Below, piece by piece: positions 50,864 through 63,281 of a stretch of DNA of 64,000 nucleotides. Below the pieces are notes generated by a model. The model saw nothing but the letters and a program-made list of their open reading frames with translations, did no database searches and was not told the DNA's origin. Each line of letters begins with the position of its first letter. Position 1 is the first letter of the stretch. Position numbers and translations under genes: made by a program. This stretch comes from Octopus bimaculoides (taxonomy: Eukaryota): positions 29,242,508 through 29,306,507 of the forward strand of contig NC_068990.1 in assembly GCF_001194135.2 (NCBI RefSeq), read 5' to 3'.

Positions 50864-52544
50864 CTACAAGTATGTATGTATATATATATATATGCTTATA
50901 TNNNNNNNNNNNNNNNNNNNNNNNNNNNNNNNNNNNNNNNNNNNNNNNNNNNNNNNNNNNNNNNNNNNNNNNNNNNNNNNNNNNNNNNNNNNNNNNNNNN
51001 NNNNNNNNNNNNNNNNNNNNNNNNNNNNNNNNNNNNNNNNNNNNNNNNNNNNNNNNNNNNNNNNNNNNNNNNNNNNNNNNNNNNNNNNNNNNNNNNNNNN
51101 NNNNNNNNNNNNNNNNNNNNNNNNNNNNNNNNNNNNATATATATATATATATAGTATGCGCATGCAGAACAGTGGGCGTCCAAACGATATATCTATTCAG
51201 TCTTAATGCATTTCGGTATATAATATTTGAATTATATGTAAATAATCATAAACGGGTTTGTGCTCGACCCAAGGCATCACAACGTTTAGTTTCATCATTT
51301 GACATTTTAGCATGCAGAGTTCAAGTTGTCACCATGCTGAATTTTTCTTTCATTCCTCAAAGGACAACAAAATAACTAATAATTGAATCAGTTCTCTGCA
51401 ATCCTTACAGAAAGTTTAACAATGCTTCTTATCATCAAAAGAATTCAATTTCTTAACGAAATGGGTGCCTTTGAATCGTATTCAAAAATTTATTTTGTTT
51501 TCGTTTTTTTTTCTTTGTTATTTTTGTTTGTTTTTTGTTACTATTTTTACCATGTGCTTTATTAAATTTAAATTTATATTTATTGAAAGAATTCTTTTTT
51601 CAAATGTAAACGTTTGACAATGTTCATGAGTTAATGGTTTTAAAATAAATTCTTTGACAATTTTCATAGTATTTTAATATGGATATCATCTTTTACTTAA
51701 ATCTTACCTTTATTTTCTTTATTTCTTTCGTTTATTTTTACTTTAAAATATAATTCATCTTTATTTTTTCTAAAATTCTTTCCTTCATTATTTTTTGTCA
51801 TTTTTTCCTTTCCTTTCTTTCTTCTCTTTGATCTTTTTTTTAATTCATAACGTTTTTTTTCACATTTTTTACGATAATTTTATATCAAGATCCCTGGCAA
51901 TCATTTTTATCAATGAATAAATCATTTTAGAAATTAATAATTAATAATTAAACATTCTGGATTCAAATCGCATTTGAGTTTCAATGTTCCTTTTATTCCT
52001 CCTGGGACAACGAAAAAAATAAATAACAATTAACATTATAATGCTTCCATCCATTCTCTTCAGTCCTTAGTAAAAAAATTAACCTTGTCTCTTTTCAAAC
52101 GAAATCAATGTCTTTAAAATCTTCACATAATTTATTTCTTATTTTGATTCTATTTCCCTAGTTTTCTTAGCTTTCGAATTTTCATTAAATTTTTATATTT
52201 ATCGAGTTTTTGTAACGCTTATTTCGTTTCATTCTTTTCTTCTTTGTTCATGTCCGTTAATGTCTTTAAAACAGTTTCTTATTCATTTTTGTATTATTAT
52301 AATGACATGCTTGTGAGTTTCTGCCTTGTTTTTCTTTCAATCGAATCGTCGTCTTTATTTCCTTCATAAATACTTCCTTTGATATTTTTCTCAAATGTTC
52401 CTCGGTTTCTTTTCTCATTAATATTTCCAGTTTCTTAATTGTTTTTATTCGTTTTTCCTTAATTTCTTTCTTATCTCTTTCTTCAAGTTCTTCTTTCATA
52501 TTATTCTGCATTATAAATATTTTCTATGATAATTATATTGGTTT

Positions 52545-52692
52545 CAAATTTTGGCACAAGGCCAGAAATTTGTAGGCGGAGTGAATCGAGCACGTCGACC
52601 TCGGCGGAACTTTAACTCAAAACGTAAAGGTAAACAAAATGCCGCTAAGCATACAGTCCGGCGCGGTATCGATCCTGCAACTCGCCTCCTTA
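52545..52692 (-). mobile_element. SINE family B
   Basis: TTTGGCACAAGGCCAG..GTCGACCTCGGCGGAAC..AATGCCGCTAAGCAT. Confidence 0.8.
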
Positions 52693-52939
52693 TTTTCTAT
52701 AAATAATTATATTGGTTTCGATATAGTGTTTTCTTTCCTGAAAAAACTGTATTGATCTTTCCCAATTTGATTTTCCACTCCATAATAAAATTGGTAACAG
52801 CAACAGCTTTTTCTGATTTAGGCACAAGATTAACCATTGTGAGTAGAGGATAGTCTGGTACCATCATCTTCCAGTATATAACTGGTATTTTATCATCTTA
52901 GAGGGGTTGATATTTATATATATATATACATATATATAT

Positions 52940-53115
52940 ATATTTTTTAAATATTTTCTCTCTCTGCTTATTTCTGCGTTCCTTTCTGTTGAAGAGAGTA
53001 GGCTCGAAACTTAAAAGACTTTCTCACTTCCCAAGCGTTAAACTAATACGTCGGTTTGTTGCTTACACACCTGTCTTCGTCTTTTGTTTTTTCGTTTTTT
53101 TGTTTTCCAACTATA
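52940..53115 (+). mobile_element. Family F3 repeat with hammerhead-like motif at 52982-53017
   Basis: CTTT-CTGTTGA-A-GAGA-gtag-GCTC-GAA-ACTT-A-AAAG. Confidence 0.7.
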
Positions 53116-53180
53116 TACATACATAAATACATACATACGTACATGCATACATATATGCAAGCATACATACATACATACAG

Positions 53181-53247
<67 letters not shown>

Positions 53248-53604
53248 NNNNNNNNNNNNNNNNNNNNNNNNNNNNNNNNNNNNNNNNNNNNNNNNNNNNN
53301 NNNNNNNNNNNNNNNNNNNNNNNNNNNNNNNNNNNNNNNNNNNNNNNNNNNNNNNNNNNNNNNNNNNNNNNNNNNNNNNNNNNNNNNNNNNNNNNNNNNN
53401 NNNNNNNNNNNNNNNNNNNNNNNNNNNNNNNNNNNNNNNNNNNNNNNNNNNNNNNNNNNNNNNNNNNNNNNNNNNNNNNNNNNNNNNNNNNNNNNNNNNN
53501 NNNNNNNNNNNNNNNNNNNNNNNNNNNNNNNNNNNNNNNNNNNNNNNNNNNNNNNNNNNNNNNNNNNNNNNNNNNNNNNNNNNNNNNNNNNNNNNNNNNN
53601 NNNN

Positions 53605-53662
<58 letters not shown>

Positions 53663-54191
53663 GTGTGTGTGCGTATACGTGTGTGTGTGTGTGTGCGTGT
53701 ACGTGTGTATGAGTGTTTCTGTAATCCTGTCTATGTGCTATGTTTATTTGTATTGCGTACACTTAAAAGCGGATTAATTAAACATTTGGTGATATGTTTA
53801 ACTTACTAATTATCATGGAAAAATAATAAAGAATGAATTAAGTCATTAGGAAATTAAATTAAGAAACAGACAATACACTGGTAATACTTTTATTTTTATC
53901 ATTTAAAAAAGAGGTCTTTAAAATAAGAATATGAGTGGGGTGAATGGCAAGGCTGGACGGTAAATGATTGTAAAGGTAAATAGGGGAAGGAGAATAAAAC
54001 AATAAAGCTAATAATAAAAAGATTTAAATATTAATAGGAAAGGAAATATAGTTATGGAAAGGTAAATTGAAAATAATAAAAATAATAATGAAACAAAAAT
54101 AAAATGCAAAAAACATAATAATTAAAACAATGGCAGAAATGAGAATTGTAAGAATATTGGGGAAAATAATGATAATAATAATGATTTCAAA

Positions 54192-54376
54192 TTTTGGCAC
54201 AAGGCCAGCAATTTCGCGGGGGGGGGGATAAGTTGAGTGAATCGACCCCAGGATTTATTTTATCAACCCCGAAAGGATGAAAGGCAAAGTCGACCCCAGC
54301 CTCAGAATGTAAAGATAGACGAAATGCCGCTAGGCAGTTTGCCCGGCGTGCTAACGATTCTGCCAGCTCGCCACCT
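54192..54376 (-). mobile_element. SINE family B
   Basis: TTTGGCACAAGGCCAGCAATT..CCCGGCGTGCTAACGATTCTGCCAGCTCGCC. Confidence 0.88.
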
Positions 54377-54649
54377 TCATGAAAATAATAATAATAATAA
54401 TGATGATGATGATGATGATGATGATAAATGCCCTGATGCAGTATCAGGCAGTGGCTCTCATGTCTTTTGATCTTAACAGATTGAAAGTGTTATCATGTAC
54501 ATTGTTTGTCGCAAACATATACAACAGCATTTTATACCGCTAAACCGCTTTTTAGAGTAGTCTGGCAGAATTTCGATTCAGGACATAATGGTCAGGACAT
54601 TCCATCCAGCGTATCAGAGATGTTTGAAACAGATTTTGTGAGATGGTTT

Positions 54650-54810
54650 TTGTAGAACGTTTGCTTTCCTGACCACATGGTCCCAGGTTCAGTCTCCTAC
54701 GGCGTAGCACCTTGACCAAGTGTCCTGTATTATTGCTTCGGGCCGACCAAAGCCTTGTGAGTGGATTTGGTAGACGGAACCTGTGCAAAAGCCCGTCGTG
54801 TGTGTATGTG

Positions 54811-54848
<38 letters not shown>

Positions 54849-55190
54849 NNNNNNNNNNNNNNNNNNNNNNNNNNNNNNNNNNNNNNNNNNNNNNNNNNNN
54901 NNNNNNNNNNNNNNNNNNNNNNNNNNNNNNNNNNNNNNNNNNCGAGCGTGCGTGCGTGTGTGCGTGCGAGCGTGCGTGCGCGGTGGGATGTCTTTGTGTC
55001 TGTGTCAACCACCACTGCTTGACAGCCAGTATCGGTGTGTTTACGCCTCCGTAACTTAGCGGTTTGGCAAAAGAGTACGATAGAATAAGTACCAGGCTTT
55101 AAATAAAAGGAGTCGATTCATTTCACTAAAAATTCTTCAAGGCTGTACTCCAGCATGACCGCAGTTTAATGACCGAAACAAATAAAAGAC
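54650..55190 (+). mobile_element. SINE family A, near full length (gap inside)
   Basis: ..GACCACATGGTCCCAGGTTCAGTC..GGGCCGACCAAAGCCTTGTGAGTGGATTTGG..CCGTAACTTAGCGG..GACCGAAACAAATAAAAG. Confidence 0.85.
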
Positions 55191-55339
55191 AAAAAATACA
55201 GGACAAATTGGCTTTATTTGAAAACGATTTGTTTTTGTTGTTTTTTTTTCGTAATTAATGCATAGAAATCCAACGAATTAGAACATCTGTAATGGGAATT
55301 CTGACAAGATTTAACAATCTTCATGTCCGTGTTGTGATT

Positions 55340-55480
55340 ATATAGCACAATATAATCCTTAATCGAGATATGAAATTTCTCTGCTACACATAACTGGCAT
55401 CTGTTGTATCCAGTGGTATTTGGAGTGACATTCTCTATTGCAATGACTGCTTGAGCATTCATTATCAATATAATATCAAC
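55340..55480 (-). mobile_element. Penelope-like GIY-YIG C-terminal fragment
   Basis: Minus ORF ..PNTTGYNRCQLCVAEKFHI matches the Penelope RC.LC..EK..I motif. Confidence 0.6.
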
Positions 55481-55666
55481 ATTAATTAACTGAACAATTA
55501 AATGCTGAGACTTTTATAGATACAAAGATTACGCGACGAAGTTTTAAATTGCATTGAATTTGCATTGCTTTTTATCATCCATGCTATTAAGATCTTTAGT
55601 TTTCGACTTCATGATATTCCATAGACTTAAAAGCACGTATATGTAGAAGAAACTAAATATATACAA

Positions 55667-55717
<51 letters not shown>

Positions 55718-56176
55718 NNNNNNNNNNNNNNNNNNNNNNNNNNNNNNNNNNNNNNNNNNNNNNNNNNNNNNNNNNNNNNNNNNNNNNNNNNNNNNNNNNN
55801 NNNNNNNNNNNNNNNNNNNNNNNNNNNNNNNNNNNNNNNNNNNNNNNNNNNNNNNNNNNNNNNNNNNNNNNNNNNNNNNNNNNNNNNNNNNNNNNNNNNN
55901 NNNNNNNNNNNNNNNNNNNNNNNNNNNNNNNNNNNNNNNNNNNNNNNNNNNNNNNNNNNNNNNNNNNNNNNNNNNNNNNNNNNNNNNNNNNNNNNNNNNN
56001 NNNNNNNNNNNNNNNNNNNNNNNNNNNNNNNNNNNNNNNNNNNNNNNNNNNNNNNNNNNNNNNNNNNNNNNNNNNNNNNNNNNNNNNNNNNNNNNNNNNN
56101 NNNNNNNNNNNNNNNNNNNNNNNNNNNNNNNNNNNNNNNNNNNNNNNNNNNNNNNNNNNNNNNNNNNNNNNNNNNN

Positions 56177-56220
<44 letters not shown>

Positions 56221-56558
56221 GGTTGAGATGGATGATCCTGCTGTTCGGTTATACAATAAGGGATTCGTCTCCTCGAAGTAGATTTGTATGAGCAAATGTA
56301 ATTTGTGGAATAATTGATTGCTTAATTACTTAAACTAATTAATTAACTCTTCAATTTACTTAGTTATTTTTGCATTTCTTAATTAGTTGATTAACAAACA
56401 ATAACCGAAACGCATTAAACGAATGTTTAAAATGTGATGTTCAAAATACCCAAACAAAAATTCTTGTTTTGATTAATTATTTCATAGTTATCATTTGATA
56501 TTTTTTTCATTGATAGATTTACGTTATTTACCATAGGTATGTGAGTTTATAAATGAAC

Positions 56559-56591
<33 letters not shown>

Positions 56592-57027
56592 TAGACAGAC
56601 AGGTAGACAGACAGACAGATAGATAGAAATATAAGCATATAGATAGCTATAGATGCAATGAACTTACCCCTTCTCCCGAAATTGTTAGATTTGTGCCAAA
56701 ATTTGAAATCAAAATTATCTAGCTAAAACCTAAGAACGGGTATTTAAAAGATTGGCTATCGTATGCCATCATACATTTATGTAATAGAACGATATGGAAA
56801 CCTGTTACCAGTGCACAGAAACGGTTGTCGTGCTTTTGAACTAAAGCCAGTTCATTCCATCTGATTTGTGTTTAAAAAAAAACTTTATATAAATTTTATA
56901 TACTTATATTAATATAGATAAATGGATATCTTTTTTATTATAGCCACACAGGGCTAAATACAGAAAATGGACAAATTACAAAGTAGAGCTTTTGGGAGGG
57001 GGGGATAATTTGGATCAAAGATAAATG

Positions 57028-57076
<49 letters not shown>

Positions 57077-57114
57077 GTAAGCAGACAGGCAGACAGACAG
57101 ACAGACAGACAGAC

Positions 57115-57161
<47 letters not shown>

Positions 57162-57163
<2 letters not shown>

Positions 57164-57278
57164 CGAGGAGGCACCCAAAAGAAACCGGAATTTTGGAGTA
57201 TTATTTACCCCGTTAGGGGGTAATTGTTTGCATTTTGTGTGGGAATTGTGTCCGCACAAAATGACTAGTGATTTTTAT
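57162..57278 (+). mobile_element. Possible Tc1/mariner terminal inverted repeat
   Basis: TA-CGAGGAGGCACCCAAAAGAAACCGGAAT resembles mariner termini; the rest runs into a gap. Confidence 0.35.
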
Positions 57279-58002
57279 NNNNNNNNNNNNNNNNNNNNNN
57301 NNNNNNNNNNNNNNNNNNNNNNNNNNNNNNNNNNNNNNNNNNNNNNNNNNNNNNNNNNNNNNNNNNNNNNNNNNNNNNNNNNNNNNNNNNNNNNNNNNNN
57401 NNNNNNNNNNNNNNNNNNNNNNNNNNNNNNNNNNNNNNNNNNNNNNNNNNNNNNNNNNNNNNNNNNNNNNNNNNNNNNNNNNNNNNNNNNNNNNNNNNNN
57501 NNNNNNNNNNNNNNNNNNNNNNNNNNNNNNNNNNNNNNNNNNNNNNNNNNNNNNNNNNNNNNNNNNNNNNNNNNNNNNNNNNNNNNNNNNNNNNNNNNNN
57601 NNNNNNNNNNNNNNNNNNNNNNNNNNNNNNNNNNNNNNNNNNNNNNNNNNNNNNNNNNNNNNNNNNNNNNNNNNNNNNNNNNNNNNNNNNNNNNNNNNNN
57701 NNNNNNNNNNNNNNNNNNNNNNNNNNNNNNNNNNNNNNNNNNNNNNNNNNNNNNNNNNNNNNNNNNNNNNNNNNNNNNNNNNNNNNNNNNNNNNNNNNNN
57801 NNNNNNNNNNNNNNNNNNNNNNNNNNNNNNNNNNNNNNNNNNNNNNNNNNNNNNNNNNNNNNNNNNNNNNNNNNNNNNNNNNNNNNNNNNNNNNNNNNNN
57901 NNNNNNNNNNNNNNNNNNNNNNNNNNNNNNNNNNNNNNNNNNNNNNNNNNNNNNNNNNNNNNNNNNNNNNNNNNNNNNNNNNTATATATGTGCATATGTG
58001 TA

Positions 58003-58052
<50 letters not shown>

Positions 58053-59239
58053 CATACACACACATATAGACACGTATGTCTATGTTTTTGTATGTGTGCA
58101 CTACACATTTATTAAGTTTGTTTACGTTTGTTCGTGTGTATGTGTATATGTGTGAGACTGATGAAGATAGAATGAGAAATGATTTAGCTCTCGGTGGGTA
58201 GGTCTCTTTTCACCTCCCCGCGCTCCTCAAGAATTCTCAGAGTGAAGTCATAAAGAGCAAAAGCGTTTCTAAACAAATATAAAAATGCTATATCTCCCGC
58301 TTAGCAGACATACTCTTTTTCGGGGGGATTTTCATCTGTGATTAATTAGATATCAGCGCTGAGACGGAAATATATCTTAAGAGGAATTCGAAGTGAGTTT
58401 ATAAAAGTACCTCTTCCGAAGTTGGTTTGATGCAAGAATAAATGGCCTTTCGCATACATACACACACCAATTCGAGTATTTTTATAGAACATTCGCTGTT
58501 GCTTAGCAAGCGTCATGTCTGAAATGAAGAAAAGCACAATTCTTTTCAATTTATATCACATTATTTCTAACCATTAAAACGTTTTCTGGTTCCAGCCTGC
58601 TCACTCTTTTAAACTCACAACATTAATTATGGTTTTTAAACGGAAATCTTTCATAGAAAACGGAGTCTTTTTCAAAGAAAATTGATTAATCCATAAGAGG
58701 TTTGTTTCAATTGTTCTTACAACTCTGATTTATGTATTTATTCTCCTCCCGTGACACTAGTTTCTTTTCTTTCGTTGTGAAGAAAAGATAACATATTTAC
58801 TTATCTTAGGAAATAACTTGAGAAGGTCAGCCATCTTCATCCAGGTTTCGGCTCTATTTCATCTTCTGTTACTTGTAAACAAAATTTTATTGTTCTCTAA
58901 CTTCTATCGGAGGTTATATAAATGACAGAGATATTCTAGTTGAAACATCTCCTGCTAGGTTTGCAGTGTTTGCTCTCGAAACAGTAGTTTTATTAGCTTA
59001 TTGAGGTTGCATATCAAATCGCAGATGGTTTGATACGCTGTATTCATCTCCGCTGCATGAAACAATATTTTTATGACTACAGCCTTTTATTGAGGATCAT
59101 TTATTTTCCTAATATAAACCATAACGAAAATCATATTCTTCTCTGTGTAGTTTTAAAAAGGAGAATAAGAAATACAAATAACAAATAAACGGTGGTTGGC
59201 CTACATTCACTTATCTATTGCCTCATTAGGTGTGCGCGC

Positions 59240-59308
<69 letters not shown>

Positions 59309-59949
59309 NNNNNNNNNNNNNNNNNNNNNNNNNNNNNNNNNNNNNNNNNNNNNNNNNNNNNNNNNNNNNNNNNNNNNNNNNNNNNNNNNNNNNNNNNNNN
59401 NNNNNNNNNNNNNNNNNNNNNNNNNNNNNNNNNNNNNNNNNNNNNNNNNNNNNNNNNNNNNNNNNNNNNNNNNNNNNNNNNNNNNNNNNNNNNNNNNNNN
59501 NNNNNNNNNNNNNNNNNNNNNNNNNNNNNNNNNNNNNNNNNNNNNNNNNNNNNNNNNNNNNNNNNNNNNNNNNNNNNNNNNNNNNNNNNNNNNNNNNNNN
59601 NNNNNNNNNNNNNNNNNNNNNNNNNNNNNNNNNNNNNNNNNNNNNNNNNNNNNNNNNNNNNNNNNNNNNNNNNNNNNNNNNNNNNNNNNNNNNNNNNNNN
59701 NNNNNNNNNNNNNNNNNNNNNNNNNNNNNNNNNNNNNNNNNNNNNNNNNNNNNNNNNNNNNNTGTGTGTGTGTGTGGTATACTTATCTATGTATAAATAT
59801 ATATATGTTGCCTATTACGAATAGATCGAACGTTCACTTTACGCATCTTTACACGGCAAGTACGAAGCTTTTGAGGCGGCAGATGACTGCGGTGATTTGG
59901 AAGATGTGAAGAAATGCCGTCTTTTCAGTGGAGCGTTGTAGGCAACGTT

Positions 59950-60275
59950 TCTCCCACGGGAGCATCCAACGTAATGTTGACCGTGGGAGAACACTTGCTC
60001 TGTGAGATTTAAACCAACCATCTGCAATGATTGACCCTGTGCCTTACTTATTGCCATTGCAAAGGAGAGTTTGATAGGAAATTGAAGCCGCTTAAACTTG
60101 TAGATCATATCGGAGGGAGGGAGGGACATTGGAGTTATAAGAACATCTTGACCAGCGGCCGGTCCATTCAAGATGGTTGCCTGCAGAACATGGGAGTATA
60201 AATTTTTATTATTATGCGCGTGCCGTTACACATTATTGGAGCATCTAAATTCTACAGCAGCATGATGGACGCCGC
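59950..60275 (-). mobile_element. Helitron RepHel remnant: PIF1-family helicase C-terminal motifs
   Basis: IMLL*NLDAPIMCNGTR..HVLQATILNG..GQDVLI..FKRLQFPIKLSFAMAISKAQGQSL..VGLNL..VFSHGQHYVGCSR; one stop, one frameshift. Confidence 0.92.
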
Positions 60276-60277
60276 TC

Positions 60278-60715
60278 CTCAGAACTTTCCAGGAAGTGAC
60301 TCCTCCCCTTCCGCGGCACTATCCAAGAAGTAATCCGCCCACCCTTCCTCGGAACTTTCCTTTCCATCCTCCCCTCCTTTTGAACTTTCCAGGAAGTAAT
60401 TCATCACCACCTCGGAAATCCCAGGAAGTAATTGACCTATCATTTCGGAACATTCCAGGTGGTAATTCTTTCTTCCCTCCTTGGAACTTTCCAGGTACTA
60501 TTTCCCCCTCCTCGGAACTTTCTAGAAGTAATTCCTCCCCTTCTCCCTCACCTGGAACTTTCCAGGAAGTAATTCGCTCCCCTCCTCGGAACTTTCCAGG
60601 AAGTAATTCATACCCTTCCTTCGAACTTTCTAGGAACTATTTACCCCATCCTCGGAACTTTCCGGAAGTAATTCTTGCCCCTCCTACTCTTCCTCAAAAC
60701 TATCCATGAAGTAAT
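60278..60715 (+). repeat. Minisatellite of about 13 units, core CTCGGAACTTTCCAGGAAGTAATTC with variable C/T-rich linkers
   Basis: Direct reading; lies between the helicase remnant and the Helitron 5' end. Confidence 0.9.
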
Positions 60716-60779
60716 ACGTATGTATGTATGTATGTATGTATGTATGTATGAATGGCTTCAGTGACACACACTCACATAC

Positions 60780-60977
60780 GCGCGCACGCACGCAGTTTGT
60801 TTTAATCGATTTTCTCGGTAACTATGGGGGCTAGGAGAAAATACAAAGCGCGTTCCAATCTATGCACCCGTCTCCAGATGTTTGCCATTTTTCACGCGAA
60901 TCCACCCAGCCGTTTGGCCGTGAACCTTGAGACAAGAAAGAATACAACGGTCGCCCATGTTCAATTTATATTATAGA
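60780..60977 (-). mobile_element. Helitron 5' terminus
   Basis: Minus A|TCTATAATATAAATTG..CACGGCCAAACGGCTGGGTGGATT; starts with TC after host A, same strand as the helicase remnant. Confidence 0.6.
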
Positions 60978-61091
60978 TGAACAAGCTGTTTGTACATTCA
61001 CAAAATTTTATTTGACAATTTCGAGAAAGGAACGAAAGCGTTAATAATAATGAAGAAATAAAAATATCTTTTTTTTTTAAATTCTGACGAC

Positions 61092-61127
<36 letters not shown>

Positions 61128-61221
61128 ATAGAAAGGACAACAAAAGAAAGAAAGAGACCTCGATATTATATAAATAGAGGAATTTATCTGTAAAAATATG
61201 TGACACTTATTCGGTAGCCAT

Positions 61222-61281
61222 GATAAACTTCGAGTTTCGGATGCCGGGTTGGGAACCCACGCCAAAATCTCTTCAGTTATC
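61222..61281 (-). ncRNA. Hammerhead-ribozyme-like motif with extended stem II (family F5)
   Basis: Minus GATAA-CTGAAGA-GAT..GC.GGGTT-ccc-AACCC.GC-ATC-C-GAA-ACTCGAAGT-TTATC; register off by one nucleotide at two junctions. Confidence 0.4.
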
Positions 61282-62039
61282 CGGCCATTGAAAATTCCTG
61301 TGAAAAATGACCGTTAAACAAAGGGAAATTACTGTGTGGTTGACCGTTATTAAGACAAAAGAGCTATAGACCTCTAAGTAAGGGGAGGGGGTAAAGGTAA
61401 GGGAGTAAAAAACGTCTATAGTGTTCGCGTAAGCGAACCCATTCGTTCATTCGCTTATATGTATATACTAAACCACCCTCGCTTGAAACGCATAGATGCT
61501 CACCCATATACTCGCAAAAAACTAACATATATGTACATATACATATATATACCCACATACACGGGTATACCCGCATACACAACACTACACACACGCACTC
61601 AACAACCTTGCACCCATCCACACGCACGCAAAAAAATTTTATAGGGCTATAGCAAAATACAGAAGAAAGTGTGAGAAAGCTATAAGGTTAAAACGCGTCT
61701 AATATGCGCATATTTTCACATGCACGCACATACATCTATATACGCATGTACCCGCACATATGCACACATTCACAAGCGCGCGCATAAGGTTCCATGTACG
61801 TCTCTATAGATGCACAGGGAAATAGCGGGGTGGAGGGGAGAAAACAGGAAAAAATATGTGGATAAAATACAAAACATTAACTCTATAATTATGTAAAAAA
61901 TATAAAAAATATAAAAAATATAAAAAATATAAAAAATATATGAGAAATCTAAGTAAAAAGTATAGAAAGATAAAAATAACATATACATAGACATATCGCA
62001 TAGACCGCTGCCGCTGGTGTAAGGTTTACACTTGGCTAA

Positions 62040-62200
62040 GATCTTCCAATGGATGTTGTAACTGACACCTTTATCTTTTAGAGACTATATATGACTGGAT
62101 AATTTGGTCGTTTTTCTTTTGTCCCAGTGCCTGAAACTCAAAGTGTGATTATTGAATCTGGCCTTGAAATTACCCTCCGTGAGGCCCACGTTTCGAGGGG
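62040..62200 (-). mobile_element. Penelope-like GIY-YIG fragment
   Basis: Minus ORF NVGLTEGNFKARFNNHTLSFRH.DKRKTTKLSSHI matches Penelope Y(I/V)G.TE..FK.R...H..SF. Confidence 0.8.
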
Positions 62201-62333
62201 AGTTCTTCATCATAAATATAGAAAAATTCCAAAGAAGGGAAGACGGAGAAAGAAAATCGCCAGCGATACACACACACACACACACGCACACACACACACA
62301 CACACACATACACACACACACATATATACACAC

Positions 62334-62386
<53 letters not shown>

Positions 62387-62549
62387 TGGGGGAGAGAGAT
62401 AATAAGAGGGGTTTAAATCACTGGTGATCTAAACGAATAGGTACGCTGAATAAGTCCTATAGTTGGTTGACCGTTATGTTCCAAGATCACAGCTATGACT
62501 GGATCTAGGGATCCCTATTAGGGTTCCGTTATAGCAGGTATATGTTATA

Positions 62550-63234
62550 TTATATTAGAGGAAAAATGAAAACTAAGGCAGAACGTGTACCTCAAGTCAT
62601 GTATAATAATTTAATTAGGGTAAGGTAAATTTAATTAGGGTAAGGTATATTTGAAGTCTTACAGCCGTTTCTGGGATAACTCAACTGATAGGTTAGTATG
62701 TCCACGCACTGGGCAACCCATCATCAGAGACAAGGTATAAATATTTTAGACAGGGAAAATTTACAGTTTACAAGGAAAAAAATTCACAGTTTATAAGGAA
62801 TAAAATAGAAGAATAAAGAGTAAAAGTAGTTAGAAGAATATAGGCAGGAGAATAACGTTCACAACTCATCTTCTTCGAGGGGATATGGAAGTTGTTCGGT
62901 ACTTCTATGAAGTTACAGGTACTTTGTTAAAATCTTAGGTAAATCAAGGCGGTACTTTGGCAATATTTCGAATGATTCATGTATTCATACGCTCATCTCT
63001 CCCTTTCTCCTCTTTTCTATATACACCCACTCACAAAACCCATTTATGTCTCTCTCTTACTCTCTCACTCTATATGCAAATTATCAATATGAATATATAT
63101 GTGCTTGGCCATGCTAACCTACCACTTGGGTTATCCCAGAAACGGCTGTAAGACTTCAATTTCACCTTACCTTAATTAAATTATTCTAAATGACTTGAGA
63201 TACCCGTTCTGCCTTGGTTTTACATTTTCCTCTA

Positions 63235-63240
<6 letters not shown>
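62550..63240. mobile_element. Foldback element with 120-140 bp inverted arms
   Basis: 62550-62687 (TTATATTAGAGGAAAA..GAAGTCTTACAGCCGTTTCTGGGATAAC) matches the reverse complement of 63123-63240; the left arm has a 20-bp internal duplication. Confidence 0.8.

Positions 63241-63281
<41 letters not shown>

Noticed and set aside
58157-58185. CTGATGAAG..GAAA motif
   Set aside because: No pairing stems.
59950-59990. 10-bp inverted repeat TCTCCCACGG/CCGTGGGAGA as a Helitron 3' hairpin
   Set aside because: It lies within helicase-coding sequence and no CTRR terminus follows.
60278-60715. CRISPR-like appearance (conserved repeat, variable spacers)
   Set aside because: Linkers are short, C/T-rich and related to each other, repeats are degenerate, there are no cas genes, and the context is eukaryotic transposon DNA.
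62605-62650. TTAGGG telomeric motif twice
   Set aside because: Part of a 20-bp duplication inside a foldback arm, not a telomeric array.
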